From the NCBI GenBank assembly GCA_965207065.1, contig OZ242260.1, positions 416,001 through 480,000 of the forward strand: a stretch of DNA of 64,000 bases. The letters run 5' to 3'. This DNA is from a bacterium (GTDB taxonomy: Bacteria > UBA8248). A program made the position numbers and the translations under genes. This document shows positions 19,045 to 28,797 of the stretch, in pieces. The notes under the pieces are model-generated. The model was given only the letters and a program-made list of their open reading frames with translations. It was not told the DNA's origin and did no database searches. Each line of letters starts with the position of its first letter. The stretch's first letter is position 1.

Positions 19045-19599
19045 ATGAGCGAAATGACGAAGGAAAAGGAAAAAATTCTCGTCTACGAGCCCGTGGCGGA
19101 GGCTCCGGGCGCGAGCGCCGTCATGGCCGCGCGGCCCGAGAGCTTAAACGGCAAGAGCGTGGGCCTCATCAACAACACCAAGGATTTCACGGACGATATT
19201 TTCGACGTCATGGGCGCCGCGCTCGAAGAGCAATTCCCGGGCGTGCGCGTGGTTCGCTACCGGAAGGAATCCGTGAGCGGCGCATCGCCCGCCCTGATGG
19301 AGCAGGTGGAAGGAGAGTGCGACGCCGTCGTTTCCGCACTCGGCGACTGAGGCTCGTGCACGTCGTGGAGTATCCACGACAGCGTCGCTCTCGAGAAAAG
19401 AGGGCTGGCCACGGTCACCATCGTCACCGACGCTTTTGCGAGCTATGCGAAGCAACTCACCAAGCTGCACAAGATGAACGAGCTTCCCCTCGTTACACTG
19501 CCCCACCCCATCGCTGGCAGAAAGCGCGAGGAGGTGGATGAGATGTCGGCAGAAGCGAGTGCGCATCTGGCAGGCGCCCTGACGCAAACGAGCGGCTAG
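19045..19599 (+). CDS. UGSC-family probable selenoprotein (UGA at 19348-19350)
   Basis: ALGD-U-GSCTSWSIHD; frame open to TAG 19599, 7 nt before the next gene; hairpin follows the UGA. Confidence 0.8.
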
Positions 19600-19606
19600 T
19601 CTATCC

Positions 19607-20707
19607 ATGAGCGAACCAAGTCCCGCCCGCCAGATAGCGCTCGACCAAGACGCCGGCGCGATATACGAGCACTTCTACGAGGAGGGCTGGACAGACGGGC
19701 TGCCCATCATCCCGCCAACCGAGGAGCGCGTCGCGGAAACCCTGCGTTACACGGACTACGCGCCGGGCGATATTATCGCCCATGTTCCGCCACGGAACGC
19801 GCCGGCCACGGCGGAAGTCATCGCCATCAACGCCGTGATGGCGGGCTGCAAGCCTGAATACCTGCCCGTGCTCATCGCCGCCGTCCAGGCCATGACGGAG
19901 CCCGCTTACAACCTATACGGCCGCCAGACGACCACCCATCCGGGCGCGCACCTGATGATCGTCCACGGGCCAGTAAGGAATGAAATCGAAGTCAACTGCC
20001 GCCAGAACGTCTTCGGCCAGGGCTGGCGAGCCAACGCGACGATGGGCCGCGCGGTGCGGCTCCTGATGATGAACGCGGGCGGCGGCATCCCCGGCGTGAC
20101 GGACATGGCCACTCACGGGCATCCGGGAAAATACTCCTACACCATCGGCGAGGATGAGGAGGGAAGCCCCTGGCCGGCATTTCACGTCGACAGGGGTTTT
20201 TCGCCGGATACTTCCGCCGTCACCATGCTCTGCGCCGAGTCGCCCCACAACGTAAACGACCTGGTGAGCAAGACGCCGCATAAATACCTGGGCACGGCGG
20301 CTTCGGCCATGAGCCACCTGGGCGCGAACGGCGTCTACCGGAGCGGGCTGCCGAGTGAGCAGATGCTCGTCCTGACAGCCGAGGCCGCCACGTGGCTATC
20401 GAACCAGGGGTGGACGAAGGCCGACGTATCCCAGTTCATCTACGAGAACGCGCGTCAGCCGATTCGTCTCATGCGTGACCGGGGGGGGTTCGACATGACG
20501 CCGCTCGCTCCTTTCGTGAATCTCGAAGAAGACGAGGACATGGCCCCCATCGTCCCGAGGCCCGAAGACATCCTCATCGTCGTAGCCGGCGGCCACGGCC
20601 GCCACATGCAGGCCGTCCTCACGGCGAGCTACAACCTGAGCGTTACAAAGGCCATCACCAGAAAAGACGGAACGCCGATTGAGTCGGTAAGGGAGTTTGT
20701 GTCGTGA
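19607..20707 (+). CDS. Conserved protein usually linked to UGSC proteins
   Basis: GWTDGLPIIPPT, AINAVMAGCKPEY, RANATMGRA. Confidence 0.7.
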   Translation: MSEPSPARQIALDQDAGAIYEHFYEEGWTDGLPIIPPTEERVAETLRYTDYAPGDIIAHVPPRNAPATAEVIAINAVMAGCKPEYLPVLIAAVQAMTEPAYNLYGRQTTTHPGAHLMIVHGPVRNEIEVNCRQNVFGQGWRANATMGRAVRLLMMNAGGGIPGVTDMATHGHPGKYSYTIGEDEEGSPWPAFHVDRGFSPDTSAVTMLCAESPHNVNDLVSKTPHKYLGTAASAMSHLGANGVYRSGLPSEQMLVLTAEAATWLSNQGWTKADVSQFIYENARQPIRLMRDRGGFDMTPLAPFVNLEEDEDMAPIVPRPEDILIVVAGGHGRHMQAVLTASYNLSVTKAITRKDGTPIESVREFVS

Positions 20708-20773
20708 GGGGGATTGCATTTCCGCTCTGTCTCGCGGAACGATACGGGGGTCCGGGCGGGTTCTCCTCGCAGA

Positions 20774-21064
20774 TTAGGCTACCCTGAACTTATCCACCTT
20801 GATTTCGTCGGCCCGGGCGCGCGCCTTCCAAAGATCGTAAGCCATCTGCAGGCCGAGCCAGGTCTCCGGTGTCGAGCCGAACGCTTTGGACAGGCGAATC
20901 GCCATTTCCACGGAGATGCCGGTGTGTTCGTTGACCAGTTCCGACAAGGTCTGACGCGTGACGCCAATCCCCTCGGCCGCTTTCGTCACGGACAATCCGA
21001 GCGGCTCAAGACATTGCCGTTTCACGATCCCACCCGGATGTGGAGGATTTTGCATCGCCATCAC
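20774..21064 (-). CDS. higA: HigA antitoxin
   Basis: NPPHPG, Xre HTH, EMAIRLSKAFG, WLGLQMAYDL. Confidence 0.9.
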   Translation of the reverse strand: MMAMQNPPHPGGIVKRQCLEPLGLSVTKAAEGIGVTRQTLSELVNEHTGISVEMAIRLSKAFGSTPETWLGLQMAYDLWKARARADEIKVDKFRVA

Positions 21065-21074
21065 AGTACCCTCG

Positions 21075-21353
21075 TCAATGGTAGTCGAGGTAATCTAGAT
21101 CGACTACGTCACCCTCTTCGAATCGAAAGGTTACCCGCCAATTCCCTGAAACCGTCACTGCATAATGACCCTTCAGTTCCCCCTTCAGTCGGTGGAGCCG
21201 AAAACCAGGGAGAGCAACATCTTGCGGCTGCCGACTCCTGTCCAGAACGGCCAGAATATCCCTTAGTTTCTGAACATGCTCCGGCGCGACTCGCCGCGCC
21301 GTTCGACCATCGTAGAGTGCTTTCAGGCCCCGATGTTTGAAAGACGCGATCAT
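21075..21353 (-). CDS. higB: HigB toxin (RelE superfamily)
   Basis: SFKHRGLK, LHRLKG, VSGNWRVTFRF, DYLDYH. Confidence 0.9.
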   Translation of the reverse strand: MIASFKHRGLKALYDGRTARRVAPEHVQKLRDILAVLDRSRQPQDVALPGFRLHRLKGELKGHYAVTVSGNWRVTFRFEEGDVVDLDYLDYH

Positions 21354-21513
21354 CGATGAAGAATAATGCGTCAGGCGTCGCCTGTCAACTGACGAACCGG
21401 CAACGATAACGTCAGGAGGGCGAGGCGGGTGACCCCTCGTTTGAATTTTCGTATGTGAAGACAGAGATAGAATTCAGGCCTAGAAAACGCCCTTGGGCCG
21501 CGTTCTTCCCCCC

Positions 21514-22863
21514 CTACCCCTCCATATCCATACCGAACTGGCCCGCCAAGTGGGTGATGAGCTTGCCGGCGGCATCGTCGCTCATCCAGCCGCGTGAGGT
21601 GGCCGTCTCGAGCGCGGTGCTGACGCGCAAAAGGGCTTCGGACATCTTCTCGGTGTCGCGGACGGAGATATCCGGCAGAACGGGCGATACGCCGGAGCGG
21701 AGCGCTTCTTCTGGCAGCGCGCCCGCGCGGTGGGCTTCTTCCAACTGCTTGTCGGCCATGGCTTGCAGGATATGGCGCACGGTGCGCTGGCGGCGCGTCA
21801 TCTTCTTCAAGGTGGGCTGATCCATCGACTCGGCCGAGGCGCGGTTCACGTCCTCCCCCTGGGCGAACCAGTGGGACGGGATCCCCACGCCGCCTAATAG
21901 AAGCCCCCGCATCATCTTGGCGATGCCCTGCGCGCCGGATTCGCCTCCCTTGAGATCGGGCGAGACGGCCTGCCACTCCTCTTTCTCGTTGTGGACGCGG
22001 ACGCTCGAGGGCTTTGGCGCGACGCCGTTCTCAGCGAGCCACTCGGCTATCTTCTCGGGGCCGGCGCCTTTCAGGGTGACGTCGTAGATGAAGCTGTTCT
22101 GCAGGCGCGCGCGCTCCACGGCGTCGAAGATGAAGCGCTCATACGTGTCTATCCAGTCGATGGCGGCGAGCAGGTCCGAAGCGCCGCGCGCGGCGTCGCT
22201 CGCCTTGTTGATCTGGAACAGGAACGCCTCCCCATCCGTAAAGCGCGCACGCTCCCTCCGGGCGGATGCGCTCAGATAGCCGCGCGGATCGCCGCCCAGC
22301 ACCGTCCGGATTCGCTTGCCCTTTCGTGCAGTTCCACTCGGCCCCCCGGCGCGCAGGACGACCCCGATGGGCAGGGCGCAGTTGTCCGGGTCCGTCACCA
22401 CCTCTTCAATCAGGCGGGGGCTGACGTAGCCCAGCCGAACCCGTCCCTCGAAGCGCGAGACGGCGACGGGCAGCAAGAGTTCCCCGAAGATGCCGAGTTC
22501 AGATACGAGCCGCTCGAAACGGATGTCCATCTGGTTCACGGGATCGCCCCAGAACGCCTTCACCGCGCTCAGGGCGCGCTCATCCTCCCCGTGCCAGCTT
22601 ATTCCCTCGCCCACGACGTGATCCGTCACGATTTCGATCAAGCGCTGGCCCATGAGGTTCGTGAGCCAAAGCTCATACGCCAACGCCTGCATACGCGCGT
22701 GCGTGTAAGGCGAAACTCCGCCGCGCCCCTCTCCCAGGGGACGCCAGATTCTCTCGTCCGGATCAATCTCCGCACTCATTCGCCCTGTACGCTGCGAGCC
22801 CTCTCCTTTTCTCCCTGCTCCCGATTTCCGCCCGGCTGCCTTCACCTTCTTCACACTCTCCAT
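21514..22863 (-). CDS. Phage portal protein
   Basis: 449 aa directly downstream of terminase; GIFGE, RGASDL, GIPSHWF and NRASA portal-type motifs. Confidence 0.8.
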   Translation of the reverse strand: MESVKKVKAAGRKSGAGRKGEGSQRTGRMSAEIDPDERIWRPLGEGRGGVSPYTHARMQALAYELWLTNLMGQRLIEIVTDHVVGEGISWHGEDERALSAVKAFWGDPVNQMDIRFERLVSELGIFGELLLPVAVSRFEGRVRLGYVSPRLIEEVVTDPDNCALPIGVVLRAGGPSGTARKGKRIRTVLGGDPRGYLSASARRERARFTDGEAFLFQINKASDAARGASDLLAAIDWIDTYERFIFDAVERARLQNSFIYDVTLKGAGPEKIAEWLAENGVAPKPSSVRVHNEKEEWQAVSPDLKGGESGAQGIAKMMRGLLLGGVGIPSHWFAQGEDVNRASAESMDQPTLKKMTRRQRTVRHILQAMADKQLEEAHRAGALPEEALRSGVSPVLPDISVRDTEKMSEALLRVSTALETATSRGWMSDDAAGKLITHLAGQFGMDMEG

Positions 22864-22865
22864 GC

Positions 22866-23507
22866 TTATCTCCTCTTTAGAATCCGCTTGTGAAAAGCCT
22901 GCGGGACCACCGTGCCCCCGGCGAGGGGGGCCAGCACTCCCTCGCTCTGCGCCAGGGATTCGGCCAGCCGCGCGTAGGCGCAGGCGAAGCCGAAATGGTT
23001 CTCGTTTCGCTCATACGACAGCACCGTCTCCCCGGAGGAGCGGATGCGCGGCTTTTTCCTCAAATTCATGAGGTGACGCTCCACCTTGCCCAAAAGCGCC
23101 TCCTCCCCTGTATCTCCGGGCTGCGGCAGCAGGACCCGTCCGGCTCCCTCGTGAAACTCCTCCACGAGGTGATCCAGCAGGTCCTCGCGGTTCATCCGCA
23201 CGTGGCGACGCTCCACCCCCAGGAACGAGACTTCCCTGGTCTGCATCTCGCCCTCCGTGTGCCGCCAGATGAAGCCGCCGTCTGGATTCAGGTCGTACAC
23301 CGCGCGCGCCTCCCGGGTGTGGGGACCGCCGTCTATGACGAACGCCTCCACGCCCAGGTCCGAGAACACGGCGCGGCAGCGCTCGATGAGCCGCTCGACG
23401 GGAGGCGCTTCGAAATACATCCACCGGGCGGGCCGGCCCTCCTCGCGCACAGCAAGCGCGCAGACGTCGCCCGTGTCGATCCCGCAGAAGCGATGGCGCG
23501 CGCTCAT
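22866..23507 (-). CDS. Terminase large subunit, C-terminal nuclease half
   Basis: CGIDTG, VIDGGP and ENHFGFACAYA RNase H-like motifs; GGAGG SD and ATGA overlap with upstream gene. Confidence 0.75.
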   Translation of the reverse strand: MSARHRFCGIDTGDVCALAVREEGRPARWMYFEAPPVERLIERCRAVFSDLGVEAFVIDGGPHTREARAVYDLNPDGGFIWRHTEGEMQTREVSFLGVERRHVRMNREDLLDHLVEEFHEGAGRVLLPQPGDTGEEALLGKVERHLMNLRKKPRIRSSGETVLSYERNENHFGFACAYARLAESLAQSEGVLAPLAGGTVVPQAFHKRILKRR

Positions 23508-24562
23508 GCGGGCGCCTCCGCCAGATGGTAGGGCGCAGCGTCGCGCAGCTTGCGGAGAAGTTCGCGCGAGATCGGCTGGGTATCGCCCGCATCGGGGGCG
23601 GCGAGGGCCGAGCAGCGAAAGCGCGCCTTCTCGCTCGGGAGGCGGGCGGCGGCCCATTTCGCCGCGACCCGGTCGAGACGCACCGCGCCGATAGCGAGTT
23701 GGGAGAGGCGATAGCTCCTGTGCCGGGGTCTCTCGCGCGCGGCCTCCCACCGCCCCGCTCCCCTGTCGAGCGCGCCGCCGCAGGCCGGACAGGCGAGCGC
23801 ATCGCCGCTAAAGACTTTCGGCCAGTGCTCCTCCAGGACGCTATCGGCATGGCACGCCTGACACCTCACATGCCAGCGTCTCCGGTCACCCGCCTCAAAC
23901 ATGGCGTGAATGCCCGCGCCCGGGGTTCTGCCGACGGCCAGGTTGAGCGTCAGGGCGAGTGACGAGGCGTCGATGCGGTCGTTAGACCACTTGAGGTTGT
24001 CCGCCGGCAGGTCGTCCACCTCGTCACGGATCAGCACATCGAGCGGGATGGATATGGCGTTGCCGATGTCCCGGAGGCCAAGGATGTAGAGAAATCGTGA
24101 GCCCCCGCGCCCGGGGAATTCCTTCAAACCCCTGGGCGACGCGCCCTTGTATTTCCCATCACGCATGAGCGAGGCGAGTCCCCTGCGCCTGAGCGTGGAG
24201 CGCACGCGCGTCTGGTCGAAGCGGTCGGCGAAATCCTGATCCGGCAGAAAATAGCCCACGTTCAGGCGGTGGATGGTGACGCAGTAGAGCGCAAAACCGA
24301 TGGCGAGGGTGGTCATGCCCACCTGCGCGCCCTTCAGGACGCTGATGGTCTGATCGGGCGTGCGGTTATTCAGAACCTCGTCGAGCGCGGAGACGACCTC
24401 CAGCATCGCCTCTCTTCCCTCGAAGGTGAACGCGCCCTTGTCGGTCGACATCTCGCTCATCAGAAACCGAGCCAACCCGTGCATCTCGCCCGAATAGCGC
24501 GATGAGCCGCCCGACGCGAGAGCCATGGCGGGCGCCCCGATGATTTTCCGGGATTTGCGCAA
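23504..24562 (-). CDS. Terminase large subunit, N-terminal ATPase half (GpA-like)
   Basis: Walker A-like KGAQVGMTT, Walker B LIRDEVD, two CxxC pairs; GGAGGAG SD before TTG. Confidence 0.8.
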   Translation of the reverse strand: MRKSRKIIGAPAMALASGGSSRYSGEMHGLARFLMSEMSTDKGAFTFEGREAMLEVVSALDEVLNNRTPDQTISVLKGAQVGMTTLAIGFALYCVTIHRLNVGYFLPDQDFADRFDQTRVRSTLRRRGLASLMRDGKYKGASPRGLKEFPGRGGSRFLYILGLRDIGNAISIPLDVLIRDEVDDLPADNLKWSNDRIDASSLALTLNLAVGRTPGAGIHAMFEAGDRRRWHVRCQACHADSVLEEHWPKVFSGDALACPACGGALDRGAGRWEAARERPRHRSYRLSQLAIGAVRLDRVAAKWAAARLPSEKARFRCSALAAPDAGDTQPISRELLRKLRDAAPYHLAEAPA

Positions 24563-24612
24563 AGCCGGAACTCCTCCCTATCCAGGATGCCGTGCGCATC
24601 CTCTCGGGGAGG

Positions 24613-24663
24613 AATATAGGGGTTGGTGCCGGCAAACCATGACGCGCAATTGCGGGGAAATGC
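24613..24663 (-). promoter_or_regulatory. Shared phage-module promoter, copy 2 (terminase-portal module)
   Basis: Minus strand reads GCATTTCCCC GCAATTGCGC -N25- TATATT. Confidence 0.75.
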
Positions 24664-24674
24664 GCGCTCAGGTT

Positions 24675-25160
24675 CTAGTCGCGCATGTTCTCGAACTGAA
24701 GCGCGAGTTTGAGGTCGAGCTCCCGGCAGAGGGTGATCACCTGCTGCAAGTCGTCGCGCTTCTTGCCGGTCACTCTCAACTGGTCACCCTGAATCGCGAC
24801 CTGCACCTTCATTTTCGTCGCCTTCACCTTCTTGACGATCTCACGCGCCGCGTCCTGATCCACGCCTTGTTTCACCAATAGGGTCTGCCTGAGCGCGCCG
24901 CCTGCGGCGGATTCGGGTTCCTTGAAGTCGAGCGCGCGCAGATCCACCTTCCGTCTCGTGAAATGGGTATGCACCAGATCGTGCATCTGCCTGAGCTTGA
25001 AATCATCGTCAGCCAGCAGGGTGACCTCCGTATCATTTCGCTCAAGCGCGCATTTCGACCCCTTGAAATCAAACCGCTGGGCGATTTCCCGACGCACCCC
25101 GTTGATCGCGTTGTCGACTTCCTGTAAATCCGTCCTTGAAACAATGTCGAATGAAGGCAT
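24675..25160 (-). CDS. yajQ: YajQ-family nucleotide-binding protein
   Basis: MPSFDIVS, RFDFKGS, IQGDQLRVTGKKRDDLQ. Confidence 0.95.
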   Translation of the reverse strand: MPSFDIVSRTDLQEVDNAINGVRREIAQRFDFKGSKCALERNDTEVTLLADDDFKLRQMHDLVHTHFTRRKVDLRALDFKEPESAAGGALRQTLLVKQGVDQDAAREIVKKVKATKMKVQVAIQGDQLRVTGKKRDDLQQVITLCRELDLKLALQFENMRD

Positions 25161-25558
25161 GGTAATCGCAAAGCTCCTCTTGAAATCGAGCGCACGCTAC
25201 ACATCCGGCGCTCCTGATGGTATAGTGGGGGTAGCTCATCCAACGCCCAGGATTGTTCTGGAGACGATTGGGGGTTTCCCCCGAAAGGAATCCCTATTTT
25301 CCTTGACTCAATGACCGGTTCCGACGCCCACCGGGGCGCGAGACCATCTCAAGGAGACTCGTGTATGCGTCGAAATGCGACGAGAATCAAGTCCGAAGAC
25401 GTCGGGTGAGCACCGCTCTGGCGCGACGGGACTGATGAGATTTCCATCCGCGCGTCGGGAGACGGCGCCCGGATCGGCGAGCGGGCGAAGCCGCCGCTTC
25501 AGATCTGAGTAAACATTTTTCGCATTATTGCTTCAATTTCTAAAGGAGGTTCAAAAAG

Positions 25559-26842
25559 ATGAAACGCTTCATGTTGGTCCTTTGGGCCACGGCGCTCACC
25601 TTGGCCCCGGGGGTCGCATTCGCGGCCGATAAGCTCGACACCGGGAACACGGCCTGGATCCTGACGTCTACCGCCCTCGTCCTGTTCATGACGCTTCCGG
25701 GCCTCTCGCTGTTCTATGGCGGCCTCGTGCGCGCGAAAAACGTGCTCTCGGTGCTGATGCAGTGCTTCACCATCGCCTGCGCCGTATCCATCGTCTGGCT
25801 CATCGTGGGCTACAGCCTGGTGTTCGAGTCCGGCAACGCCTTCATCGGCGGTCTGGGCAAGGCGTTTTTCGCGGGCGTGGGCGTGGATTCTCTCTCGGGC
25901 AACATACCCGAGACGGTCTTCGCCATGTTCCAGCTCACTTTCGCCATCATCACGCCCGCGCTGATCGTGGGCAGCTTCGCCGAACGGATGCGGTTTTCGG
26001 CACTGTTCATCTTCTCGGTAGCGTGGGTAATCCTCGTCTATGCACCGGTGGCCCACTGGGTGTGGGGCGGCGGATGGCTCGGCGCGATGGGCGCGCTCGA
26101 TTTCGCGGGCGGCACCGTGGTGCACATCAACTCAGGAATAGCGGCCCTGGTAGCCGCCAAGATGATCGGCCCGAGGCACGGCTTTCCCAACACGGCCATG
26201 CCGCCCCATAACCTGCCCATGGCGGTGACGGGCGCGGGCATCCTGTGGGTGGGCTGGTTCGGCTTCAACGCGGGCAGCGCATTGGCGGCCGACGGCGCGG
26301 CGGGTATGGCCATGCTCGTGACCCACATCTCCTCGGCGGCAGGCGCCCTCGCGTGGATGTTCGCGGAGTGGGCGAAACACGGCAAGGCGAGCGTGCTCGG
26401 CATCGTGACGGGCATGGTGGCCGGCCTCGTCGGCATCACGCCGGCCTCGGGCTTCGTGGGTCCGGTGGGCGCGCTGCTGCTCGGCGCGATAGCGGGCCTG
26501 GGCTGCTACGCCGCCACCAACTACATGAAACAGGTGCTGAAGATAGACGATTCGCTCGACGTGTTCACCGTGCACGGCGTGGGCGGCATCATCGGCGCGA
26601 TACTGACCGGCGTGTTCGTCGCCAAGGGATTCGGCGGCATGGGCCTCGCCGAGGGCGTCGGCATGGGCAAGCAGGTCTGGGTACAGATCGTGAGCGTCGT
26701 CGCCACGCTCGTCTATTCGGGCGTCGTCTCCTTCATCCTGTTCAAAATCGTGGACGCCATGGTGGGCTTAAGAGCCGACGCCAACGAGGAGTCGGGCGGT
26801 CTCGACCTCATGATGCACAACGAATCGGCCTACGAACGCTAG
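25559..26842 (+). CDS. amtB: Ammonium transporter
   Basis: FYGGLVR, DFAGGTVVHI, GWFGFNAGS, DDSLDVFTVHG. Confidence 0.97.
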   Translation: MKRFMLVLWATALTLAPGVAFAADKLDTGNTAWILTSTALVLFMTLPGLSLFYGGLVRAKNVLSVLMQCFTIACAVSIVWLIVGYSLVFESGNAFIGGLGKAFFAGVGVDSLSGNIPETVFAMFQLTFAIITPALIVGSFAERMRFSALFIFSVAWVILVYAPVAHWVWGGGWLGAMGALDFAGGTVVHINSGIAALVAAKMIGPRHGFPNTAMPPHNLPMAVTGAGILWVGWFGFNAGSALAADGAAGMAMLVTHISSAAGALAWMFAEWAKHGKASVLGIVTGMVAGLVGITPASGFVGPVGALLLGAIAGLGCYAATNYMKQVLKIDDSLDVFTVHGVGGIIGAILTGVFVAKGFGGMGLAEGVGMGKQVWVQIVSVVATLVYSGVVSFILFKIVDAMVGLRADANEESGGLDLMMHNESAYER

Positions 26843-26859
26843 GCCGTAAGACCAAAGCG

Positions 26860-26895
26860 AAAAAGACCCCGGGGCTGAGTCCCCGGGGTCTTTTT
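26860..26895. terminator. Intrinsic terminator after amtB
   Basis: aaaagaccccgggg / ccccggggtctttt hairpin. Confidence 0.8.
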
Positions 26896-26998
26896 CGTTC
26901 ACGCGAAAGCGCAGTCTCTCCTGTTCGGAGTTGTTGAAAAAGTCCTCAGGAGTGATTTTGGTTGCGCGCACGCCTTTGAAGTTCACTCCCCCCTTGAG

Positions 26999-28518
26999 GG
27001 GTCTGTTGAAAAACCCCCGGCATTGTGATTGGGTGTAAGGACACTATCTCGCCCGAGATGGGAGTTCCCTCGATGATAGGCAGCAAGAGGCGCGAGCAGA
27101 TGGATTTGTTCGTGGCGGGCTCGCTGGATCGGCTGATCCCCGAGGATCACGTTCTGTACCGCGTGCATCAGGTGCTGGATTTGAGTTGGCTTCGGGAGGA
27201 GGTGGCGGATTGCTATTGCGCGGACAACGGTCGTCCGGGGATCGACCCGGAGGTGGCGGTTCGCCTGATGCTGGCGGGTCTTCTGCTGGGCTACGTTCAC
27301 GACCGCCGTCTGCTTCGCGAGGCGCGGGCGCACCTGGCGATCCGGTGGTTCATCGGGTACGGGCTGCACGAGGAGTTGCCGGACCATTCGAGCCTGACGC
27401 GGATTCGTCAGCGCTGGGGGGAGGCGCGCTTCCGGGCGATATTCCGCCGGACGGTGCAGGCGTGCCTGGAGGCGAAGGTGGCGAAGGGGGAGGTGGTTCA
27501 CGTGGACGCTTCCCTGATCCGTGCGGACGTGAGCTGGGAGAGTCTGGCGGCGCACCACGCGGACGAGGTGATTCGGGAGAATCCCGTGGAGGATAAGCCT
27601 GAGAAGAAGGGGCGTGGCCGCGGCGGCGGGGGACCGGTGAGCCGGACGGACCCCGACGCGCGGCTTGCGCGCAAGAGCGCGCGGGCGAGGTTCGAGCCGA
27701 GCTACAAGCACCACGCGGTGGTGGACGATGAGGGGGGTGTGGTTCTCGACGTGTCGGTGACGGAGGGGACGCTGAACGAGCGGGAGATGATGGCGTCCCA
27801 TATAGAGGCGGTAAGCGAGTTGTCGGGCCGCGCGCCGGAGATGGTGACGGCGGATTCGGGGTATGCGTATTCGAAGGTGTACGCGGCATTGGAGGGTCGG
27901 GGCGTGTCCGCGCTCATCCCGGCGAAGAAAGAACCCTCGCAGAGCCGGGTTCCGTTGCGGCTGTTCCGCTACGATGCGCGCCACGGGATCGTGAAGTGTC
28001 CGGGTGGCAAGACGCTGCGTCCCCGGCGGAGCGAGGAGCGGGGGCGCTACTATGGTTCGAGGACGCGGGATTGCGCGGGCTGCGCGCTCAGGTCCGATTG
28101 TCTGCCGAAGTCGCAAACGAGCAAGGAGGTTTTGATTCCCAACGAGTACCCGGCGCTGTTGCGCGCGCGCCGGCGCCATGCGCGGTGGGGAGGGGACGAG
28201 CGCCGGCTGTGGCGTCGGCACATGGGGCGCTCGGAGGGTTATCACGGGGAAGCGAAGAGTTGGCACGGACTGGGGCGGGCGATGCGCCGCGGTCTGGAGA
28301 ACGTGCGGATCCAGTCCTACCTGACGGCGATGGCGGTGAACCTCAAGCGGCTGGCCGCCGCCCTTGCGGCGCGTATATTCGCCCTGTGGAGGGCCTGTGC
28401 CGCCCGGAAACGCCGTCTGCGCGCACATGGCGCCCTCACGCGCCGATGGGGCTCCCTCTCCGCCGCCGCGTGAACCGCCATACCGCCCGCTTCAAAAACG
28501 GAGTTTTTCAACAGGCCC
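26999..28518 (+). mobile_element. IS1182-family insertion sequence
   Basis: 16-bp TIRs gggtctgttgaaaaac / gtttttcaacaggccc (one mismatch); TTGAG duplicated on both sides. Confidence 0.85.
27073..28473 (+). CDS. IS1182-family DDE transposase
   Basis: LIPEDH, GRPGIDP, PDHSSLTRIRQR, VDAS, TDPDA, ADSGY. Confidence 0.9.
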   Translation: MIGSKRREQMDLFVAGSLDRLIPEDHVLYRVHQVLDLSWLREEVADCYCADNGRPGIDPEVAVRLMLAGLLLGYVHDRRLLREARAHLAIRWFIGYGLHEELPDHSSLTRIRQRWGEARFRAIFRRTVQACLEAKVAKGEVVHVDASLIRADVSWESLAAHHADEVIRENPVEDKPEKKGRGRGGGGPVSRTDPDARLARKSARARFEPSYKHHAVVDDEGGVVLDVSVTEGTLNEREMMASHIEAVSELSGRAPEMVTADSGYAYSKVYAALEGRGVSALIPAKKEPSQSRVPLRLFRYDARHGIVKCPGGKTLRPRRSEERGRYYGSRTRDCAGCALRSDCLPKSQTSKEVLIPNEYPALLRARRRHARWGGDERRLWRRHMGRSEGYHGEAKSWHGLGRAMRRGLENVRIQSYLTAMAVNLKRLAAALAARIFALWRACAARKRRLRAHGALTRRWGSLSAAA

Positions 28519-28797
28519 TTGAGGGTCTGGCTTCCCGAGGGGAAAGCCAGACGGCAAGACGAGGGCGAAGCCCGAAGTCGCGCCGGTGGGGGGTATAATT
28601 CGGAGTGGCGATAAAACGCGATTCACCCCCCACCGCATCAGCCTTCGCAAAAAACGCTCGGCTTCTGTCGGGCTTTCCCCTCGGGAAGCCCGACCCCCTC
28701 CAGGGGGGAGTGATTGGTTGGCGCTCTGCAAGACGGGAGTGGTTCAGTTTTCTCGGACTTTCTCAACAACCCCTGTCCGGTGTGAAAGGGGAATACC

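Larger units (their letters stand above)
26927..28773. mobile_element. MITE-like element interrupted by the IS1182-family IS
   Basis: Ends ggagttgttgaaaaagtcc / ggactttctcaacaacccc; flanks tgttc/tgtcc; internal TCACTCCCCCCTTGAG..GGGGGAGTGA palindrome. Confidence 0.65.

Noticed and set aside
25432-25490. Hammerhead ribozyme (CTGATGA core)
   Set aside because: No correctly placed GAAA or three supporting stems.
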